A DNA stretch of 64,000 bases, taken from the NCBI GenBank assembly GCA_023246755.1, contig JAHFHU010000002.1:3702-67701 (forward strand), written 5' to 3'. The stretch is from Candidatus Magasanikiibacteriota bacterium. Its GTDB lineage: Bacteria; Patescibacteriota; Patescibacteriia; Magasanikbacterales; 2-02-FULL-50-9b. The notes below the pieces were generated by a model. It did not search any database, was not told where the DNA came from, and saw only the letters and a program-made list of their open reading frames with translations. How positions within the stretch are numbered: position 1 is the first letter of the stretch; every line of letters starts with the position of its first letter. The translations under genes and the position numbers were made by a program. Positions 58,691-64,000 of the stretch are shown in pieces.

Positions 58691-59639
58691 ACTCGCGGCG
58701 GAATTTTTGGACCATCTTGAGATCGAAAAAAATCGTTCGCTCCTCACGCGGCGGAATTACGAGTTATATTTGCGGCGATTTGTTGATTTTATCAAGCGTG
58801 CGTACAAAAAAAATAATCCCGACGCGATCACATTTGACGCGGTGCGTGCCTATCGGTTGTGGCTGCATCGGTTTGTCGACGCGCAGGGGAATGCGTTGTC
58901 AGCAGCGACACAAAATTATCATCTGATTGCGCTGCGGTCGCTTTTGAAATATTTATCAAAGCGCGAAATTAAATCACTTGCGGCCGAGCGCGTTGAGTTG
59001 GGCAAAATGCCGGAGCGGCACGTTTCGTTTTTATCCGGTGACGAACTTGCCCGGTTTTTGAACGCGCCGCTGCACGCGGATCAAAGCGAGTCATTGGCCG
59101 CGCGCGACAAAGCGATTCTTGAGTTGTTGTTTTCGACGGGTTTGCGTGTGTCGGAGCTCGTTGGTTTGAAGCGCGACGATGTTGAGTTGTCACGCGGAGA
59201 AATTGGCGTTGTTGGAAAGGGGCGCAAACGGCGTGTGGTGTTTGTATCCGATGAGGCGCGCCAGTGGGTGAAAAAATATTTGGGGCTGCGGCGCGACATG
59301 AGCCCATTTTTGTTCGCGAATCAGGATCGTGCGGCGGCAACACGCGAGAAGAAAAAATCGGGGAGCGCTGAAGCTGTTGAAGGTTTGACGCCACGCTCGG
59401 TGCAACGCATGGTTGAAAAATATGCGCGCGAGGCGGGGATTATGAAGACCGTGACGCCGCACGTGCTCCGCCATTCATTCGCGACGGATTTGTTGCACAA
59501 TGGCGCGGACATCCGCTCCGTGCAAGTCATGCTCGGCCACTCGTCAATCACGACGACGCAAGTTTACACACACGTCACGGATCCACAGCTCAAAAAAATT
59601 CATCAGAAATTTCATCATCGGGGGCAGGCGGGGGATTAA
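58674..59639 (+). CDS. tyrosine site-specific recombinase (XerC/XerD/integrase family)
   Basis: The catalytic region contains the C-terminal RHSFATDLL…GADIRSVQVMLGHSSITTTQVYTHV with the conserved R-H-R-Y residues. N-terminal core-binding domain. GC-rich like the upstream gene. Confidence 0.85.
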   Translation: MLQLDKLAAEFLDHLEIEKNRSLLTRRNYELYLRRFVDFIKRAYKKNNPDAITFDAVRAYRLWLHRFVDAQGNALSAATQNYHLIALRSLLKYLSKREIKSLAAERVELGKMPERHVSFLSGDELARFLNAPLHADQSESLAARDKAILELLFSTGLRVSELVGLKRDDVELSRGEIGVVGKGRKRRVVFVSDEARQWVKKYLGLRRDMSPFLFANQDRAAATREKKKSGSAEAVEGLTPRSVQRMVEKYAREAGIMKTVTPHVLRHSFATDLLHNGADIRSVQVMLGHSSITTTQVYTHVTDPQLKKIHQKFHHRGQAGD

Positions 59640-59704
59640 ATATCGGTTTTCCACAATTCATGCACATTGACAAAAGTTTCAGGCTATGGAACCCAGTGGG
59701 GTAT

Positions 59705-60169
59705 ATGTCTGAAAAAAATTTTGATGCGTGGTTTGTGCTTAAAAAAAGAGTGCATGACAGACATGCTTTTTCATCGCGTCCGGGTGGTGATCGATTTTTT
59801 CAGGTGCGCGATGTATGGTTTTGTTCAATTGGTGAAAATATTGGCCACGAACAGGATGGAAAGCACACGTACTTTGAGCGCCCTGTTTTGATTGTTCAAA
59901 AATTTAATCACGATATGTTTTGGGGTGTTCCACTCACCAGCAATCTTAAACAAGGCCGGTATTGCCTTGAGATTTTTTTTGCTGGTCGATACAGCTCAGC
60001 CATGCATTCGCAGTTGCGTTTATGGGACGCGCGCAGATTGTTGCGAAAAATCGATCGTATTTCTGAGAGTGATCACCGGCAGATTACAGAAAAAATAATT
60101 TCTATTTTAAAATTAAGCGGCTCCCCGCATGAGCGAGGAGCCTCGGAGCCCGAAGGCGTAGTGAAGTAA
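59705..60169 (+). CDS. MazF/PemK-like endoribonuclease toxin-family protein, paralog 1 (with C-terminal extension)
   Basis: FQVRDVWFCSIGENIGHEQDGK…ERPVLIVQK…GVPLTS follows the PemK/MazF/Kid pattern GEIWxVxLDPxxGxEQxGxRPxLIV…PxTS. Confidence 0.5.
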   Translation: MSEKNFDAWFVLKKRVHDRHAFSSRPGGDRFFQVRDVWFCSIGENIGHEQDGKHTYFERPVLIVQKFNHDMFWGVPLTSNLKQGRYCLEIFFAGRYSSAMHSQLRLWDARRLLRKIDRISESDHRQITEKIISILKLSGSPHERGASEPEGVVK

Positions 60170-60199
60170 CTATAGAATATTTTAAATTAGCTGTCAAAT

Positions 60200-60586
60200 A
60201 TGTCTGAAAAAAATTTTGATGCGTGGAACGAATACAAAAAAGAACTCGACGCGCACAGACGAAACCTTATTTTTCGGCCGGGTGAAGTTTGGTTTTGCTC
60301 AATCGGTGAAAATATTGGGCGCGAACAAAATGGGAAAAATAATTTGTTTGAGCGACCGATTTTAATCATAAAAAAATTCAATCGTGAGATGTTTTGGGGT
60401 GCGCCACTCACCTCGAAAGAGCATAGTGGCTCTTGGTATTATAATTTTTTTTACGACGGCATTTTAGAAACTGTTATTCTGGTCCAACTTCGTTTAGTTG
60501 ATATTGGCCGATTACAACGAAAATTGTTTCGGATAAATGTGGTTCACCGACTTGCGATTCGTGAAAAACTCAAGAACTTGTTATAA
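60200..60586 (+). CDS. MazF/PemK-like endoribonuclease toxin-family protein, paralog 2
   Basis: RPGEVWFCSIGENIGREQNGK…ERPILIIKK…GAPLTS. N-terminal 20 aa nearly identical to paralog 1 (MSEKNFDAW…). Confidence 0.5.
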   Translation: MSEKNFDAWNEYKKELDAHRRNLIFRPGEVWFCSIGENIGREQNGKNNLFERPILIIKKFNREMFWGAPLTSKEHSGSWYYNFFYDGILETVILVQLRLVDIGRLQRKLFRINVVHRLAIREKLKNLL

Positions 60587-60592
60587 CAAAAA

Positions 60593-60611
60593 ATCCCCGA
60601 AGGGATTTTTT
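60593..60611. terminator. intrinsic terminator (bidirectional flanks)
   Basis: AAAAAA-ATCCC-cgaa-GGGAT-TTTTTTG. Confidence 0.5.
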
Positions 60612-60749
60612 GTAAGTCATTCGGCTGCTTGCGCAGCCTCGGATGTGGACGAATCCACGATAGTAACGCAAGTATAAAACACGAGGCATGTTCTGTCAAA
60701 CGCCGAAATTTGAATTCACCCGAACAAGTGCTATACTTGCCTCTATAAT

Positions 60750-61634
60750 ATGAAAATTAGAAAAGCAATTATTCCGGTAGCGGGTTACGGGACGCGTTTT
60801 CTTCCGGCCACAAAGGCGCAACCAAAAGAAATGTTGCCAATTGTTGATAAACCGACGGTGCAATACGTGGTCGAGGAAATCGTTGCTGCGGGCATTACGG
60901 ATATTATTTTTGTGACGCGTCGCGGTAACCACATGCTTGAAGACCATTTTGACAGCAATATTGAACTCGAGCGCCAGCTTGAAGCGGCGGGGAAGCTCGA
61001 TCGTCTCAAACTCGTGCGCGACATCAACCACCTCGCACATTTTTACTACGTTCGTCAAACGCGTGACATGCCCTATGGCAACGGTACGCCGCTGCTTGCC
61101 GCGAAAGAATTGATCGGCGACGAGCCGTTCATCTATGTGTTTCCGGACGACGTAGTTGATTCGGCGGTGAGCGCGACGAAACAGCTCGTGCAGGCATACG
61201 AAAAACTCGATGATCCTGCCGCAATCATCGGTGTCCAGGAAATGCCGGATGAGGTTCTTCATCTGTATGGCGTGGTTAAGCCGAAAAAGGGCGCGCAAAA
61301 AATCGCAGGCGCGATGCGCGTTGAATCTGTGATCGAAAAACCCGCGGCCGGCACGGCGCCGAGCAATCTTGCGCAGTTTGGTCGGTTCGTTTTGACGCCC
61401 GACGTGATTCGCGCACTTGAGAAACAGCCGCTCGGCAAGGATAATGAGCTTTGGTTGACCGACGCTTTGATGGCTGTCGCAAAAAAGAAACCGGTCTACG
61501 CAAAAACTATCGACGGCACATGGTATACGACCGGTGATCCATTCAACTATCTCAAAGCAACGATTGCGTTTGGTCTCAAACATCCCAAAGTGGGAAAAGA
61601 GTTTACGCAATATTTGCGCGATTTGAAAATTTAA
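60750..61634 (+). CDS. galU: UTP--glucose-1-phosphate uridylyltransferase
   Basis: IPVAGYGTRFLPATKAQPKEMLPIVDKP N-terminal signature, and VEKP…G(R)FV motif. Confidence 0.9.
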   Translation: MKIRKAIIPVAGYGTRFLPATKAQPKEMLPIVDKPTVQYVVEEIVAAGITDIIFVTRRGNHMLEDHFDSNIELERQLEAAGKLDRLKLVRDINHLAHFYYVRQTRDMPYGNGTPLLAAKELIGDEPFIYVFPDDVVDSAVSATKQLVQAYEKLDDPAAIIGVQEMPDEVLHLYGVVKPKKGAQKIAGAMRVESVIEKPAAGTAPSNLAQFGRFVLTPDVIRALEKQPLGKDNELWLTDALMAVAKKKPVYAKTIDGTWYTTGDPFNYLKATIAFGLKHPKVGKEFTQYLRDLKI

Positions 61635-61637
61635 AAT

Positions 61638-63065
61638 ATGTTCAAGCGATCTTTGACAATCAGTTTACTCTTCGCAACGCTCGTCTTGACCGGCGCGGGA
61701 TGTGGCGCCGCGGCCGCGCCTGCAGCTCCGGTTGCGAACACGGGGCCGGTGACGCTTCAATATTGGGGTGTGTTCACTGACACGGATGACATGGCGATTT
61801 TGATCAATGTTTTTCAGAAAAAACATCCGAATATTCAAATTCAGTATCGCAAATTTCGTCCCGAGGAGTATGAGCAAAAATTGCTTGAAGCGTTTGCTGA
61901 TGATCGCGGCCCGGATATTTTCAGTATTCACAGCACGTGGCTTCAAAAATATAAATCAAAATTGAGCCCGATGCCAACAAAGATCAGTTATCCGGTGTTT
62001 ACAAAAACAGGGAGCGGCATGAGTGAAAAAACAGTTGTTACATCCGAAGATCGCGCGGGGCTCACGCTCAAACAGATGCGCGATCAGTTTGTGCAGACCG
62101 TTGAAGAGGACACGATGGACGAAGCGGTTGCGACGTCAACGGTAAAATCGATTTTTGCGCTGCCATTTTTTGTCGACTCGCTCGCACTTTATTACAACAA
62201 AGATGTATTGGCTGAAAATGCGATTACAAAGCCCGCAAAAGATTGGGACGGCTTGCGAGTACATGCGGAGACACTCACCAAGCGAATTAATGACACGGAT
62301 ACGATTACGCAAGCTGCAGTTGCGCTCGGGACCGGAACGACGGTGCATCGCGCTGCTGATATTTTGTTGGCGCTCATGGCGCAAAACGGCGCTCGCATCA
62401 CGAACGAGAAAAATCAATTTACATTTAATGGTCCCGGCAATACGATTCCAAATAAAGACGAAGCGCTTCCGGGTGCGCGCGCGCTTGAGTTTTATCTTGA
62501 TTTCGCAAATCCAAATACAAAAGCATACAGCTGGAATGACCAACAGGGCGATGCGCTCAATGCGTTTGCCGACGGCAAGCTCACGTATTATTTTGGGTAT
62601 TCCTATGATATGTCCGTGATTCGTTCGCGAAATCCGCGATTGAATTTCGACGTGACCGCGCTTCCGCAGCTTGAAAAACCAAAAAATATCGCGAATTATT
62701 GGATGGAGGCGGTCGCAAATAAATCAAAGCGCAAAAATGAGGCGTGGTTGTTTGTGCTCGAATCTGCAACAAATAAAGAAGCGCTGACGAAATTTTTGAA
62801 AGCAACGGGTCGCGCTTCGGCACTTACTGAATTGATCGCGTCTGAAATTGACGATATCGATCTTGGGGTTTTTGCGAAACAAAATTTGACCGCGCACACA
62901 TGGTACCACGGTTCGGATAGCAAGGTGGCGGAACAAATTATCGCCGAATTAATTGATGCGACGCGCGCTGCACTTGCAAATCCGAGTGGTGAAAAAATTG
63001 ATGCGGAGCAGATTGTGCAAGAAGCGATTGATCGGGCGGCGAAGCGTCTCAACAACACACTATGA
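61638..63065 (+). CDS. extracellular solute-binding protein (SBP family 1, sugar-type) lipoprotein, with no adjacent permease genes
   Basis: Lipoprotein signal LVLTGAGC. SBP_bac_1-type fold pattern. Confidence 0.65.
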   Translation: MFKRSLTISLLFATLVLTGAGCGAAAAPAAPVANTGPVTLQYWGVFTDTDDMAILINVFQKKHPNIQIQYRKFRPEEYEQKLLEAFADDRGPDIFSIHSTWLQKYKSKLSPMPTKISYPVFTKTGSGMSEKTVVTSEDRAGLTLKQMRDQFVQTVEEDTMDEAVATSTVKSIFALPFFVDSLALYYNKDVLAENAITKPAKDWDGLRVHAETLTKRINDTDTITQAAVALGTGTTVHRAADILLALMAQNGARITNEKNQFTFNGPGNTIPNKDEALPGARALEFYLDFANPNTKAYSWNDQQGDALNAFADGKLTYYFGYSYDMSVIRSRNPRLNFDVTALPQLEKPKNIANYWMEAVANKSKRKNEAWLFVLESATNKEALTKFLKATGRASALTELIASEIDDIDLGVFAKQNLTAHTWYHGSDSKVAEQIIAELIDATRAALANPSGEKIDAEQIVQEAIDRAAKRLNNTL

Positions 63066-63874
63066 CATTTATTTCCCGCTGGTTCATGAGCGCCGCCGTC
63101 ACGATGGTCATGATGAGCATGTTTATCGCGACGCCACTCGTTGCGCACGGCGCCGGATTGTTACCCGAACCAACAGGGAAGTGTCCCGAGAACTATCAAA
63201 ATGGAACGCAAGCGGATTTAAGCACGCCGTGCAAAGATGGTGGAGAGCGTGATTATGCGCTTGATGATATTAAATCGTTTCTCGCAATTATTGGCAACAC
63301 ATTGCTCGGCGTTTCCGGCGCGATCGTTTTATTTTGCTTTGTGCTCGGTGGATTTTTCTGGCTTGCGTCCGCGGGCAACGAAAAAATGGTCAGTCGCGGG
63401 AAAACACTCATTTCGAGCGCGGTGATTGGCCTCATCATTATTTTTACCGCATACACACTCGTCGTATTTGGGGTTAAAGAATTGACCGGCGAGCGAGCCG
63501 CTGAATTTATTCCTGCTCCACAAAATTCATCAACAGGCGGCGGCGCAAAAGCGGCCGGAGTTATCAAAGGTTCTATTTCAAAACCACCGTCGGGCATGGA
63601 GCCAACTGCGGTTTGTGCTGCAATCAGTGGCACCTGTATGTCCGCGAATAAATGTACGACCGCATATTCGATTTTGGGCGCATGCGCGTCAATTGGTTCG
63701 TCGCAACAAGAATGCTGTATGGAAATTGACCAAGGATCTCAGAAAACAGATTGCGGGAAAATCGGTGGTACATGCCAAGAAGAGAGCGTGACGTGCGCGG
63801 GTGCAGTTGTCAAAGGGTTGTGCAACGGAAAAGGGCAGGGGGCAAGCGTTCAGTGCTGCATCAAAACTTCGTAG
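63062..63874 (+). CDS. TrbC/VirB2-like pilin-type protein fused to a C-terminal Cys-rich domain
   Basis: Signal peptide, then two hydrophobic helices separated by a short polar loop (the VirB2/TrbC topology), then ~95 aa with ~15 Cys (CAAISGTCMSANKC…CCMEID…CGKIGGTCQEESVTCAGAVVKGLCNG…QCCIK). Confidence 0.4.
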   Translation: MTFISRWFMSAAVTMVMMSMFIATPLVAHGAGLLPEPTGKCPENYQNGTQADLSTPCKDGGERDYALDDIKSFLAIIGNTLLGVSGAIVLFCFVLGGFFWLASAGNEKMVSRGKTLISSAVIGLIIIFTAYTLVVFGVKELTGERAAEFIPAPQNSSTGGGAKAAGVIKGSISKPPSGMEPTAVCAAISGTCMSANKCTTAYSILGACASIGSSQQECCMEIDQGSQKTDCGKIGGTCQEESVTCAGAVVKGLCNGKGQGASVQCCIKTS

Positions 63875-63895
63875 TAGTGTATACTGTCAATAATA

Positions 63896-64000
63896 TGATG
63901 AAACAACGAACTATTTTTTTTGCGATCATCGCATCGATCGGAATTTTGTCTGCCGCACTTGTTTCGACACATGCTGTTTTCGCGGCTGATTCCGTTTCAG
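63896..64000 (+). CDS. signal-peptide protein, 5' fragment (continues beyond the window)
   Basis: MMKQRTIFFAIIASIGILSAALVSTHAVFAADSVS… open to the window end. Confidence 0.4.

Noticed and set aside
53951-60612. tRNA-Ala as the integration site of the integrase/MazF module
   Set aside because: About 3.5 kb of apparently native genes (a promoter-equipped repeat protein, a PLP enzyme and a membrane protein, all at host-like GC) separate the tRNA from the GC-rich module. No direct repeat of the tRNA 3' end was noticed.

Overview
This is a 64-kb window from a small-genome bacterium with about 47-50% GC. Gene content and style are consistent with Patescibacteria/CPR (inference only). It spans the replication origin: rpmH-rnpA-yidD on the minus strand, dnaA-dnaN on the plus strand, and DnaA boxes in both flanking intergenic regions. 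Most of the window is housekeeping. It includes an rpsO-NYN-pnp operon, tig, a LexA-box-regulated lexA-Y-family-polymerase SOS cassette, polA-holA, class-A PBP, comM, nfo, galU, rpsT, rmuC, four tRNAs (Met/Ile2-CAT, Cys-GCA, Arg-CCT, Ala-GGC) and three TrmB-family regulators. The window also carries a cell-envelope cluster (CARDB-repeat protein, two GT4 glycosyltransferases, O-antigen-ligase-like protein), a 1767-aa surface protein and a QG-rich repeat protein. Non-core signals stand out. (1) A self-contained GC-rich (~60%) two-gene cassette sits immediately 3' of tRNA-Cys, with a perfect consensus promoter and a strong terminator. (2) A second GC-rich module holds a 379-aa unknown protein and a tyrosine recombinase, followed by two tandem MazF/PemK-like toxin paralogs with no antitoxin ORF. 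(3) An 860-bp ORF-free region carries a consensus promoter and DnaA-box-like repeats and is a candidate large ncRNA. (4) A ~270-nt structured sRNA candidate with its own promoter and terminator lies upstream of rpsO. (5) An orphan zinc-ribbon protein carries an RNA-polymerase alpha-CTD-like domain. (6) Perfect palindromic operators lie next to TrmB paralogs. (7) A LAGLIDADG-like ORF has lost its catalytic acidic residues. (8) A VirB2/TrbC-like pilin is fused to a Cys-rich domain. No CRISPR array, rRNA or transposase was seen.
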